Shown here piece by piece: positions 29,594 to 45,520 of a stretch of DNA of 64,000 nucleotides. The first letter of the stretch is position 1. The number at the start of each line of letters is the position of its first letter. The stretch lies in assembly GCF_009914755.1 (NCBI RefSeq), contig NC_060936.1. The stretch is one strand, 5' to 3'. The DNA comes from the human T2T-CHM13v2.0 reference genome, Homo sapiens. The position numbers were made by a program, and so were the translations under genes. Below the pieces are notes generated by a model. That model was not told the DNA's origin. It was given only the letters and a program-made list of their open reading frames with translations, and did no database searches.

Positions 29594-30977
29594 TCTCTCT
29601 GTATGTTTTTGCTGAGTGATATTATGTTAATTTTAACTGCTACTTATATGTGAGTGTCTTTTGAATCTGTATTATTAGCTTCCAATCCTGGATTTTTAGT
29701 ATCCCCGTACCAAAAACACTTCATCTGGGTATCCCACAGTAGCCTTTAAGTCAGAACATTAGAAATCAAACTCATCAGCTCTTCCCAACCTAAAGTCTTC
29801 CCACATTTCCTTTCTGATCCAGTGAAGTCACTGTTCATTCTGTCTCTCAAACTGAACACGTTCTCATTCTCTATATCATGCTAATTACAAAATTCTGTTG
29901 TGTGAGCCTCAAAATTTTCACTTTCCATTTATCCCATGTTATGACCATTTAAACCCTCATTATCTCCCATTTGCTTTGTTACAAACCTTCGTAGTCAACC
30001 TAAATCCAGCCTATCAGTTCTCATCTATTCACTACCACACTACTAGGTCATGGTCCTAAAAGTTAAGTCTAATAACATCAGTTTCCTACTGTGAAAACTT
30101 TAGCTGGTATCCTGTTGCTCACAGGATAAAATGCAAATTATCTCCATGTTTCTTGGACACTCGTTCCTTGAAGTTGACCATGTATACCATATCATGTTTT
30201 TGTCACTTTGTACCTGTTACTCCATTTGCCTGGAGTGCCTTTCTTTCCCTCATATAACTATTAACTTCTAATAATCCTTCAATACTAAGCACACTTTTCA
30301 CCCTCTGTTTGAAATTTTTCCTACTTTTTCCAGGCACATGGTTGTTCTCTCAGCATTTTGTACCTAATATTACCATTGTTTTAAAAAATTATTTATGCCT
30401 TTGTCACAGACAAGATTTTAAGACTCCGCCATGCCCAGCAGTGAGCTTAAATACTACACAACATAGGGAGTTCTCAATAAGATTGTGTTGAATTAAAGTA
30501 TGAAAGCACATAATGAATTAATTGAGATATTTTGGCCATATTTTTTTCTCTTCAAAAGCCAGATAGTACAGAACAAAAGAATAAAGAAATTCATAATTGA
30601 GATACTTTGGTTGGAAATTTGTTTTGAAATGAATTGATACATACTAAGAAAGGAATTAATAAAGGTGCCTTGGAAGACTTTGTAGTAATTTACCCTATAA
30701 TAAATGATTTGTGGAATAATGAAAATATCTCTTACTAATGTAGACAGTTTTATTTCATTTTTATTCTCCTAAATGTTTTCCTCAAGAAACATAAAAAAAG
30801 AGGACAGTTGCTTCTCTTTAGCTATAATCTGAATTCTAGGTTTATTTCTATAAATTTTAGGCTTTTATGATGCATACTATAAAACGTTACACTCTGTAAA
30901 TATGTATGTACATATGCATGTATGCATATACATATATACATGCATACATACGTACATCTAGCTAAGGAACTGTTTGA

Positions 30978-31316
<339 letters not shown>

Positions 31317-32042
31317 TAACAATATAAGTTTTTCACATTAACCTCTACTTATACCAGAAAGTTTATAAAAACTTCTTCCAATGTGTAAAACTTTTGAGTT
31401 GATTTTTGAAATGACTACAAGAAATGATTTTCTTGCCATCTGTCTTTATGAATTAGCATGACACCTAATGCATTAAATGAATCATGTCATACAGTATATA
31501 CTTTAGTCTCACATTTTTTGACATTTACTAATCTACCTCTCTATTCCCAATAACTTTTAAGATAGAGCAAGAGATAGGTGTGGGTGGTTGAAGAAGCCGG
31601 GGGCTTTTTCTTCATTTTATTTTTTCATACGTGTTTCATATATGGAAATTTAACTTCATAGCACTGAAAATAAGGCATAGGGCTATAGAATATGCCTAAT
31701 GTTTAGAAAATAATATTCTCCTAAGAGCCAGAGTAAATTATTCTTGTGAAGAATCCCCAAGAGGCAGGAAAAGGATTGGGAGTTCTTAGAACATATGTTG
31801 AGTGGGGCTGACTCTTTAGTAAGTTGCCAATAGAAAAGAGCTGCTTATGGTCATGTTGGGGTCCAAGATGTCCCTGAAGGAGGGATGGTGAGAAATGCCC
31901 AAAGCTCATGTTCTTTCCACTTTAATATCTAAAAGACATAGCTTTGTATAGAATGATTAATCAAATTTTGTAAGCAAGATTCATATTCATTCTAGTTTTT
32001 GTCTTGAGTATTATATATATAATTTATTAATATCATGTATAA

Positions 32043-32344
<302 letters not shown>

Positions 32345-32385
32345 TATCTTGTGTATTATATTAATGATTTTTTTTGTCTTCATAG

Positions 32386-32499
<114 letters not shown>

Positions 32500-32920
32500 T
32501 AAATTTATATGGATAAATTTGACATCTAAAAATAACATTTTCTATTGGCAATCTTTCCATTGGCTATTACACGACAGCATATGGAAAAAGCATTAAATAT
32601 TTTCATTCTCAGCTCTCCCATGAAGTATTTGTGAAGCCTAGAAAAGTCACTTATATATTCTTTGTTCTGATTTCTTTGTGGGTAAAATGAGAATAGAACT
32701 AAATGATTTCTGAGGTCCTCTTTAGCTTATGTTTATTTTGTGTCACTTTTGGGGTGGCTACTGTTAATAACAGTGTTTCCAGCATTTTCAGAGGGGGGAA
32801 AAAAAAGGCTTCCATTCAAATTTCTTTCAGAATAAAATTGCTAGTAAAAGTTATCACTTATTTCTATCATGGGGTATTTTATTTACAAAGTTACAATAAA
32901 AAACATACCAAATTTGCTAT

Positions 32921-33250
32921 TGTTAGGAAAAATTCATATCATGTTTTTCCTTTGCTCTCACACCACAACAACAATCAACACAGAAGATTTCTGTGACCAA
33001 ATGTGACTGGGAAGGGTTTCTCCCCACCAACAAGCAGGCAATCTACTTTGCAGCGGAAGTCAGCTGGATCTCCTCCAATTTAATTCTGACACTACGTTCC
33101 TGGACATAGCATCAGAGTCAGATCCCACAGGTTAAGAGCTCAGTCCCCAAGACTGCCATCCCACCAGACACCAGTTGTAAGTTTAGGCCTCCAGAACTTC
33201 TGACCAACTGCCTTCAAGTTGGAGTTCCTATGACCTCCTCTGTGGGTATG
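32921..33250. mobile_element. MER21-like LTR fragment
   Basis: tgttaggaaaaa...cacaacaacaatcaacacagaagatttctgtgaccaaatgtg...gatcccacaggttaagagctcagtccccaagactg. Confidence 0.6.
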
Positions 33251-33678
33251 GAGGGCTCAAGATTGAACCCAGATTGATTCACTAAGTTGCAGCATATACT
33301 TTACCTAAGTTTTCCATCGTTTTGCCTAAGACTTTTTCCTTCAAAATATATAAAAGCCTCAAAACTTTGGCTTGAGTAAGAATGAAATGCAGAAAAACAT
33401 AAGCTGTATCTCAGTCACAAGTTTTGCATTTCATCATATAATAGTGAAAATCATAAATCTTTGGAGAAGGTTTTACTCTTTCACCCATTCTTAAGGTTTG
33501 ACTGTGATGTGACTCTAAAGTAATAAGATTTTCATACAAGCACAGTTTTTAAAAAAGTGATCATCTGAAGAACCGTTATGTCACTAGATTCTGCCGTTGT
33601 CAAACATTTTCAGAATTTATCTTTGAAAGTGGTTTTGAAGAGTTTACATCCTACCTCTCATGAATAGTTTTTTTCATC

Positions 33679-34010
33679 TGTATTAGCTTCCTAGGACTGT
33701 TATAAAAATATACCAAAAACTGTGTGACTTAAAGCAACAGAAATTTATTTGCTCATAGTTCTGGAGGCCAGAGTCTGAAATCAAGGTATGGGCAAGACTA
33801 TGCTCTCTCTGGAGACTCCAGAGAGAATCTTGCCTTGCTCATTGGATGTAGGGCTTACCTCCAGGATTAGCCATAATCTGGAATGATCTCATCTCAGGAT
33901 ACTTAATTACACCTAAAAGGGCCCTTCTTTTCCTAATAAGATCACATTCACAGGTTCCAGGAATTATGACATAGACATGTTTTGGGGGACCATGATTCAC
34001 CCAACTCCAC
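33679..34010 (-). mobile_element. MLT1 (MaLR) LTR
   Basis: tgtattagcttcctagg...ttaaagcaacagaaatttatt...gttctggaggccag. Confidence 0.75.
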
Positions 34011-34332
34011 GATCTTATTCCTACACTTCTCTCCCTGTTAATTTTTTTTTATCATGGCCTGCTCCCTATTTTTTCCCCTCCTTTTTTCTCTTTGATTCAA
34101 CAACCTTAGTACCCATAGAGAAATTTGTTGCGTACAGGGAGGAGGAGTCAGGGTCCAAAAGTTGGAATTGCGCTATTAGAAGCACATCAAGAAGCAGACC
34201 ACCCTGTGCTGCCCACCTAGTAAATGCTGCTAATGGGAACATATAAGCAATTAGCTCATAACATAGATATAAAAATTGGAAGGCAAATGGGTGGAAGTAT
34301 CTAGGAGGTATAAATAATTAAATATACATTTG

Positions 34333-34380
34333 TATATATATATGTGTGTATATATATATATTTATATATATATATATACA
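34333..34380. repeat. (TA)n microsatellite
   Basis: Read directly from the sequence. Confidence 0.85.
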
Positions 34381-34386
34381 CATACC

Positions 34387-34727
34387 CAGCCATGTGTTGC
34401 CTAATGACAGGAATACATTCCGAGAAATGTGTTATTAGGCAGTTTCATTGTGTGAACCTCATAGAGTGTACTTACACATACCTAGATGATATGACCTACT
34501 ACATACCTGGGCTATATGGTATTGCTCCTAGGCTACAAACGTATGCTATACAGCATAATACTCTCCTGAATACTGTAAGCAATTGTAACACACTGGTAAG
34601 TGTTTGTGTATGTAAACATAAAAGAGGTACAGTAAAAATACGGTATTATAATTTTATGGGACCACCATCTATATGTGATCTGTCATTGACCAATTGACCA
34701 AAATGTCATTTTGTGGTGGATGGCTGT
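34387..34727. mobile_element. Tigger3a/MER7-like DNA transposon MITE
   Basis: cagccatgtgttgcctaatgacagg...gagaaatgtgttattaggc ... gtggatggctgta inverted ends. Confidence 0.75.
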
Positions 34728-34763
34728 ACTTATTTACATAGGATTTGTCCTGTATGTCTTCAA

Positions 34764-34980
34764 TTTTTTTTTTTTTTTTGAGACAGAGTCTCGCTGTGTC
34801 ACCTAGGCTGGAGTGGCGTGATCTCGGCTCAGTGCAACCTCTGCCTCCTGGGTTCAAACGATTCTCCTGCCAGCCTTCCAAGTAGCTAAGATTACAGGCA
34901 TGCACCACCATGCCTGGCTAATTTTTTGTATTTTTAGTAGAAACAGGGTTTCACCATGTTGCCCAGGCTGGGTCTTCAAT
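34764..34980 (-). mobile_element. Partial Alu
   Basis: T tract, right arm and part of left arm. Confidence 0.9.
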
Positions 34981-35085
34981 TCTTAATAAGGTTTTAAGAT
35001 AAGATAGTAAAATGAGAGCACATGTTATTACAAAGTAGATTAATTTAAATAATTAAAATATATATTCTATTTTCTTTCACTATGA

Positions 35086-35364
<279 letters not shown>

Positions 35365-35402
35365 TAATGTGGTTCTTTTGTTTTTTTCTTTCTTTTTAAA
35401 AG

Positions 35403-35438
35403 GTTCAACAGCTGCTGCAAGAGATGACAGCTTCTTAA
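35403..35438 (+). CDS. IRAK4: IRAK4 last coding exon (VQQLLQEMTAS-stop; c.1348-1383)
   Basis: aaaag|GTTCAACAG...TCT TAA; exon lengths total 1383 nt, i.e. 460 aa. Confidence 0.97.
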   Translation, partial: VQQLLQEMTAS

Positions 35439-36039
35439 AACTTTATTGGAAAAGACTCTTGACTTTTTATATACACCTATCTCAACCATTTTTTTAACTG
35501 ATTTTTTTCCTAAATATTCTTCTTTACCTTTAACAAGGCATAGGCTGTTGCAGGACAGTGGTTATTAAAGCATGGGTTGAACTTCCAAAATATAAAAATA
35601 GAGCCACCATATCAACACTTAGCCCTACCCATTAGTATCACCCCCAGTTCTTACAGTAATCCCTGAGAAATCTCCTTCAAGCATCACCAAACACAGTTTG
35701 AAAATTACAGGGTTAGCAAAAAGAGCCTGGGCTGTATGTAGGGTGGAAACACTCTGATCTGAAGCCCAGCTGACTCCACTACTAATTTGCTGTAAAGCTT
35801 TGGACATACACTTAGCTGCTGTGAGCCACTAATAACATTGGGCTAATATCTGCTGTGCTTCTCTGACAGGTAGTCATGAAAATCAAATGATGCAAAATAT
35901 ATACAAGCACTTTGTAAATTGTAAAATGATACAAAATTTAAAGTTTATAGAGCCAGTTACAAAATCCTATTAGTCATATATTTATAGATTGTGTTCACAG
36001 CAATCATTTAACCACAAATAAAATATCCCTTGATGATAC

Positions 36040-36862
<823 letters not shown>

Positions 36863-36928
36863 TACTCTCCCATGATGTTTTTCCCATGATGATTTCCCAT
36901 GATATTTACAGGTTTTGCCCACATTTGA

Positions 36929-38210
<1,282 letters not shown>

Positions 38211-38603
38211 ATAAATTTGTAATTTTTAAGTTATAGATTGTTTTTATTAAACACTTATGAATACTGTTTGAAGTGCTTTAATTTTTATAACAATCCTATG
38301 AATTTGGTAATAATCACATTTTACAGATGAGGAAATTACCCAAGATTATATAGCTAATAAGTTGCGTGGCAGAAATTAGCATCTGGTATCAGTTTGCGAT
38401 CTTTACCACTAACACGATGTCTGTGCATCATATTAATCATAATCATTTTCTCTGTCATATGTTGAAAGTTATTGTGCCAAACATTGTGCTGAGTTTTAGA
38501 AGCATGATCTGATTTGATAAATCTACAATGTAGGTTCTATTCTTTTACTTCTTGAGGAAATTTTGAGACCCCCAATGATTAAATAACTTCTTTCCCTTGT
38601 TCA

Positions 38604-39000
38604 TTGTATTAGACTGCAATTCTCCACTCATTATATTTGATGCCTTTTGCAATATGGCTTTGTAATTTTTCCCATCAGGAAGTAAAGTCTATTTCCTCAA
38701 CCATTAAATCTGGGCTGGCCTTGTAACTTGCTTACAGAAAAAGTGATGGTCAGTTCCAAGCCCAGGTCTCAAAAGCACTAATGCACTACTTCTCTCATTT
38801 GGAACCCTGCCACTGACATGAGAACAAGCCAAGGGTAACATGCTGCTGATGACAGACCATGCAAAACAGAGACAAGGCATCTCAGATGAGGTCATCCTTA
38901 ATCAGCCCACCTGCCAGCTGATCACAAACATACATGAGACATGAGAGGTCAGCCAACTGTAGATTTGTGAGGGAGGGTAGCTGTTGTTTTAAACTGCTAC
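38604..39000 (+). mobile_element. MLT1 LTR whose 3' end is split off by an Alu and the VNTR
   Basis: tctgggctggccttgtaacttgctt...catgagaacaagcc...tgttgttttaaactgctac. Confidence 0.6.
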
Positions 39001-39300
39001 TTTTTTTTTTTTTTTTTTTTTTTTGGAGAGTCTCACTTGGTCACTCATGCTGGAGTGCAGCAGTGTGATCATGGCTTACTGCTGCCTTGATCTCTCAGGC
39101 TCAAGTGATCCTCCTGCCTCAGCACCTTGAGTAGTTGGAGTACAGGTGTGTGCTACTGTGCCCAGCTAATTTTTTTTTTTTAATTTTCTGTAGAGACAGG
39201 ATCTCACTCTGTTGCTGAGGCTGGTCTTGAACTTCTGGATTCAAGCAATTCTCCTGCCTCAGCTTCCCAAAGTGTGAGATTAGAGGTATAAGCTACCATG
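39001..39300 (-). mobile_element. AluJ
   Basis: Long T tract plus antisense Alu; head merges into the VNTR. Confidence 0.9.
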
Positions 39301-40084
39301 AAAATCACATCTGGGGGCTAGTTTGTGATGCATTAGTACGGTATGGTTTGTTATTCGTTAGTATGAAGATTACAGGTATAAGCTACCATGAAAATCACAT
39401 TGAAAATCACCTAGTTTGTGATGCATTAGTATGGTATGGTTTGTTATTCGTTAGTATGAAGATTACAGGTATAAGCTACCATGAAAATCACATTGAAAAT
39501 CACCTAGTTTGTGATGCATTAGTATGGTATGGTTTGTTATTCGTTAGTATGAAGATTACAGGTATAAGCTACCATGAAAATCACATTGAAAATCACCTAG
39601 TTTGTGATGCATTAGTATGGTATGGTTTGTTATTCGTTAGTATGAAGATTACAGGTATAAGCTACCATGAAAATCACATTGAAAATCACCTAGTTTGTGA
39701 TGCATTAGTGTGGTATGGTTTGTTATTCGTTAGTATGAAGATTACAGGTATAAGCTACCATGAAAATCACATTGAAAATCACCTAGTTTGTGATGCATTA
39801 GTATGGTATGGTTTGTTATTCGTTAGTATGAAGATTACAGGTATAAGCTACCATGAAAATCACATTGAAAATCACCTAGTTTGTGATGCATTAGTATGGT
39901 ATGGTTTGTTATTCGTTAGTATGAAGATTACAGGTATAAGCTACCATGAAGATCACATTGAAAATCACCTAGTTTGTGATGCATTAGTATGGTATGGTTT
40001 GTTATTCGTTAGTATGAAGATTACAGGTATAAGCTACCATGAAGATCACATTGAAAATCACCTAGTTTGTGATGCATTAGTATG
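39278..40084. repeat. 93-bp minisatellite/VNTR, about 8.7 copies
   Basis: gattacagg recurs at 39368, 39461, 39554, 39647, 39740, 39833, 39926 and 40019; divergent 90-bp first unit at 39278. Confidence 0.98.
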
Positions 40085-41278
40085 ACTAAATCATGATTTA
40101 GTCATGTAGCCAGTAAGTGGCAGTCAGAAACACACACACACACACAAGGATGTGGCCCAGTTTGTCTTATTATAAATACAGCTTGGTAATAGAAAACTAA
40201 GAAATGCAATCTAACCCCTGTTCATGGCTTGCCTCTTTCCCATTAACCATCCAGAGTTCACTAAGAAACTACAGCCTGGCTGAATCCTAGCAAATGAGGG
40301 TGGTAGTGCAGCAGCACTGACAGTTGAGTAGGCTGGTATCAATCTTTTTGGAGCACAGAATCAGCTGAATGAAGATCCCTACTGGAAGGCATTTGATGCT
40401 CAGGAATGGGTCAGTACTGCCATTTTGTGTGGTAGAACCCATGGCTTTCGCAGGGCAAGAGATTTTGCCAGTGCTAGTGAGTTTTCCTGTGGCCAGAAAG
40501 AAAATGATGGAGGCCAGATCCTCTGGTGACCTACCACTGCTGGCATGTGCTCCTTTCACAGCTGTTCTTCAAGGAAAGGCAAATTCATTTATTCATTCAA
40601 TAAATTGAAAAATGCCCACTATATCATAGAAACTTCTAGGTGCTAAGGATGTAGCAGTGAATGAAACTAAGCTTCTTGTCCCCATTGAACTTGTATTTTA
40701 GTGGAAGAGACAATATGGGCACAGATATAGAATACCTAAGTGCCATGAGGAGGAATAAAGCAGGATTAAGGTGAGAGGAACAAGGAGTACAATCAGATTG
40801 GGAAATTAGGGGAGACTTCTCTAAGGAGATGACACTGACACCTGAGCAGAGACCTGTAAGTGAGGAAGGCATGTAGATACCGGGTTAGAGTGATCCAGCG
40901 TGGGGAACGCATTCAGTGCCCTTGAGGCTGTGCTTGGTCTACTAGAGGAACAGAGAGCTGTCAATGAACTGAAGCAGACTGACCAAGGAAGGTAGAGAGC
41001 CACGGGCAAATCATGTAGAAGCTACTGGGCAACAGTGAGACCTAAACTTTCTTCTATGAGATAGTGCCACTATCATAACTAGTACAGTGTAAAACTTCAG
41101 TTTGTTGGCTGAATTGGGGTGGGGGAGAGCTACAATTTATATGATTTAAGGTAAACTGTTCCCAGTCATGGCTAGCCATGAATCATTTGTAGAACTATTT
41201 GATTCCTGGACCCACCTACTGGGTCAAAATCTAGTATGAAGCCCAGAATTAGTATTTTATTTAAAAAAGAACATTCCA

Positions 41279-41571
<293 letters not shown>

Positions 41572-41725
41572 TTCCATCCTGAAACTTATGGCTCTATTTG
41601 CAAAGAAAATGTGAAAGGATATACACCAAACTGTTTACAGTACGTACCTCAGGCACATTAGTACATTATTTTAGCTCTGAGTAGAAATGCCTTAGCTTAA
41701 ATGTTTAAAAGTTTTAATAATGAGC

Positions 41726-42000
41726 CTTTTGTTTTTTGAGACAGTCTCGCACTGTCGCCCAGGCTGGAGTGCAGTGGCGCAATCTCGGCTCACTGCAAGC
41801 TCCGCCTCCCAGGTTCGCGCCATTCTCCTGCCCAGCCTGTAGCTGGGACTACAGGGGCCCGCCACCACACCCGGCTAATTTCTTGTATTTTTAGTAGAGA
41901 CGGGGTTTCACTGTGTTAGCCAGGATGGTCTCGATCTCCTGACCTCCGCCTCGGCCTCCCAAAGTGCTGGGATTACAGGCGTGAGCCACCGTGCCCGGCC
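41726..42000 (-). mobile_element. AluY-like element with small deletions
   Basis: Antisense Alu; TSD atgagccttt. Confidence 0.93.
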
Positions 42001-42444
42001 CAACGATGAGCCTTTCTAAAGCTATTTCAGCATCTTTTGTAAAACTGCTACCAAAGACATCCATCTTGTCACATCTCTAATAAAAAGGATTTGAAACCAA
42101 ATCGCACACAGGAGTGCATTCAACATTTTTCACATGAATGAATACAGTGGCAAGTCTGAGTTTAGTGTCAAGTAAATCAGTACTGGGGTGCTTCTGTTAC
42201 AGAAAATGAATAACTCATGGCATTTTTATTATTGCTACAACAGTGGCAAATTTTTAATCTAAGCACTCTATAGTCACAATTATTCTTGCCTAGGTTTAAA
42301 GCTACTTAAAATCCTTTTTGGACTTAGGCAGACTAATTAACAAATAAATGAATGGGATTCCTAACCTAACACCAGGTACTGAATTATGAAACATTACACA
42401 AACAATTAAAAAAACTATAGTAGAAAAACCAACAGAACATACAC

Positions 42445-44309
42445 AACTTAAAGAGAAAAAATTTTTATTGTGATATAAAATGCACTTATAAAATGTCCAC
42501 CAGAAGGCATGTAATTCTTCACTGCTATATAAATTTACTGGGAATATGTTATTCACCATCTAGGTATGATACTGCCAACTAAAACATACTGTAAACGATG
42601 AGTTATACTCTATAACAAATGCATCACTGATTTTCAGCAATCATTGGTTTAATAATAATTAGTTTAAGACTATAATCACATCTATATTCTGGAATGTCCA
42701 TTTACTTTAATGTAGTGTAGTGGAATTTAGAGTATAATTGCACATAGATGGTACAGAAAAACATTCACTTCTAAATTATTTTATACCTTCATGACAGGTA
42801 GTCTTCCTGACTGAAAATAACAGCTTCAGCTATGGTCTGCTCCAGGATTCTTAATGCAATAATTTGGGTGTATGTGTGTCTGTCTACGTGTACACCCATG
42901 GAACAACTTATATCTTTAGTAAACAAGTGCAACATTATTGTCAGTTATTTTGCATGTTTAAATATTATAGTCTGATTATTTGTAAACAAACAAAACCCCA
43001 AATACTCTAAATTCTATTTTAAAAATCTGTCAACCCACAATTATTCTAATATGCTTTACTTACTCGAACACAAATTTCTGAAAGGTGCATATATTACCTT
43101 AGATAATAAGGTTTAGAAATGAGTGCTTCACACTATGAAATGTGCATTTCCGATAAGTGATTTATGCAGCATAAAGTTTAGATCAAGAAATTACAAATCC
43201 TGGATCCCCACAGTTCATTTAGAAAATGCCTCAAAGTTATGGCTCTTGCAGCAGGTTTAACAGATTAAACATTAAGTGTTCTAGCTCCCTCTATTTCAAG
43301 TATCAAAGAAATATGAGGCTCAAAATCTCTCTAGGTTGTAACTGATAATGCAAAGCATTAGAAAACAGTTAAATGTGTTTTGAAATACAGTATTAACTGA
43401 GATTATTAAGGTGTTTATCTACGTTAGCCTGTTAAGTACCAGGACTTTAAAGTAATTTTAAATCTGAGTATTTGCTCGGAAGTGATAAAGAACACAATTT
43501 GCCCATAAATGTATGGTTTTGGAGAAAAAAGTCAATCCTGATTTTTAAAACTCAACATTTTTTGTTTCCTTTTGAATGATATTAATTTAAATTTCAATCT
43601 GAACATAAATGTTTGGCCTCACAGAGCATTAGAAAGATAATTTACTAAGGCTGTTTAAAGTCTTTCAATGTCATCAGAAATCCTGCAGTATAGAAAATAT
43701 CTGGTACCCTTAAAGTTTCAGAGTGAGCTGATCTGCAATTTTAATGCTATTAAAAAAAAGTCAAATATAAAAGACTGCTGCAATATAAAGCACTATTTCT
43801 AAAAGTTGCAGACATGATCCTACAGTCTGACAGAGCTAGCACAGCTACTCGGAGTAAGCAACTTGCGGCCTTTTCCAAGGCACACTAAGTTTCCAGCTTA
43901 GAAAATACTCTAGCCTGGTCCTTAACATATTCATTAAGTAATATGAATATTTTAAGGTCTTTCTGTCCCACAAGAAAGTAGTAAGTTTACCCTTTGAGAC
44001 ATCAGACTTTCTAGAACTGGCCCAACTGTATAAAATTTTAAGAAGTATTTGAAGTGTGGAATCAACGCTATGAAAACAGTGTGACAAAATTAAACATTAT
44101 GTTGAACCCTTTTCTAGCTTTAACTCAAAAATAGAAATCATGAGTCTTCTATAACATTAATTTTAAAAACACACAGAAGTGAAAAGTGCTATTTTCCAAA
44201 AAGTACAATTTTTTTCCCTACTTTATATCAACATGGAATGATTTCAGTTCTCCTGTACTAAAAGCTGGACTTTTAAAAAACTAGTATTACAATGTTTAAT
44301 GTGATGACT
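42445..44309 (-). other. TWF1: TWF1 3'UTR (end approximate)
   Basis: AU-rich and free of recognisable repeats; AATAAA on minus strand at 42464-42469; miR-1, miR-30 and miR-142-3p seed matches. Confidence 0.8.
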
Positions 44310-44480
44310 TTAATCAGTAGTAGCTTCAGTTTCCGCTGGGCCCCTAATTAGTCTTCGAATTCCTCTTTTTCCTGCAGGACCTTTTGGTTTTGCAAAACTT
44401 TGCTTGTGTGCATGCTGCTTGGGATGTACTTCTTCATAAAGGAAGTCTGCAGTCAACTCATCCCCATTGTCTATCTCGAT
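44310..44480 (-). CDS. TWF1: TWF1 exon 9 (C-terminal tail; c.883-1053)
   Basis: [56 protein letters not shown]-stop; acceptor ttttacag. Confidence 0.96.
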   Translation of the reverse strand: MEIDNGDELTADFLYEEVHPKQHAHKQSFAKPKGPAGKRGIRRLIRGPAETEATTD

Positions 44481-45331
44481 CTGTAAAAGATAAAATTAGA
44501 AGCACAACATTCAAAACCTAATACAAGCAACAAGCTGGTTTTCAGGTATATGAATGCTCACAAATAATACCCTTTCCAGTAAGGCAGAATCAAGGACCAT
44601 ATGTAAACAGTTTCACTTTCTTCTTTTGGGGGAAGGGGCTAAATGAGTTACTTGAATATATAATCAGCTACATTCACTTCCTTCTTGGTTCTTTCTTAGT
44701 GCTCCAGTTTAAATAATGTTTAAAAGTAGAAGCCACCACTACATTCTCAAGTTGCTATGATACACTATTTATTCAAGGAACATTTACTCATGACCCTTTC
44801 ATCACTTGGGTCACTTGAAAGCCCTCTACAAGAGAGGTAAACAAACCATGGCCCGAAGGCCAAATCTTGCCCAAGGTAAGATTGTTTTACATTTTTTAAG
44901 GGTTGTTAAACAACAATAAGAATATATGACAGAGATTATATGTGGCTTGGCAAAGCCTTTACTTACTATTTGGTCCTCTGTAGAAAGTCAGCTGATCCCT
45001 GCTATAGAAGGTGCTACCCATGATAAAGTGATTGATTCTTAGGAACTTAAAAAGCATGAAGGGTTCAGAACCTAAAAACACTGGTAGTTTTTAAGGACCT
45101 GTATTTTTATGAGTTTAAGGGCTCAAGAATATATATCTTTCCCCATGCCTTATCTGTACTTAAGAAAATTTAAGAAAATTGGTAGCTTAGTTCCCAAAAT
45201 TCAAATGTTTATGCTTATTCCTTCCTTCCCCCAAACTGGAAAGACTCCCAACCATCCCATAATTCAGTCATAATGGAGACTGTAATTCCTTATTAATATG
45301 CAGTAGAAATAATCACAAGTATGCAGCTCTG

Positions 45332-45520
45332 GCAGCGCTGTCCAATAGGACTTTTTGCACTGATGGAAATGTCCTATAAATTCTGCACTAACCAATACGG
45401 TAGCCAGTAGCCACATTTAGCTAATGAGAATTTGACATAAGGCTAGTGGAATTAAGAAACAGAACTTTAAATCTTATTTAAAGTTAAATAGCCACATGTG
45501 GCTTACTAGGAAGTACAGAT
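45332..45520. mobile_element. MER3-like hAT MITE
   Basis: cagcgctgtccaatagga...gatggaaatg...gtagccagtagccacat. Confidence 0.7.

Noticed and set aside
39278-40084. CRISPR-like array
   Set aside because: Contiguous near-identical units with no unique spacers, no cas genes, human DNA
39348-40085. 245-aa ORF with a 31-aa repeat
   Set aside because: By-product of a 93-bp (multiple of 3) unit lacking a stop in one frame; track start is TTG, no promoter or splice context, and the unit derives from Alu/LTR sequence
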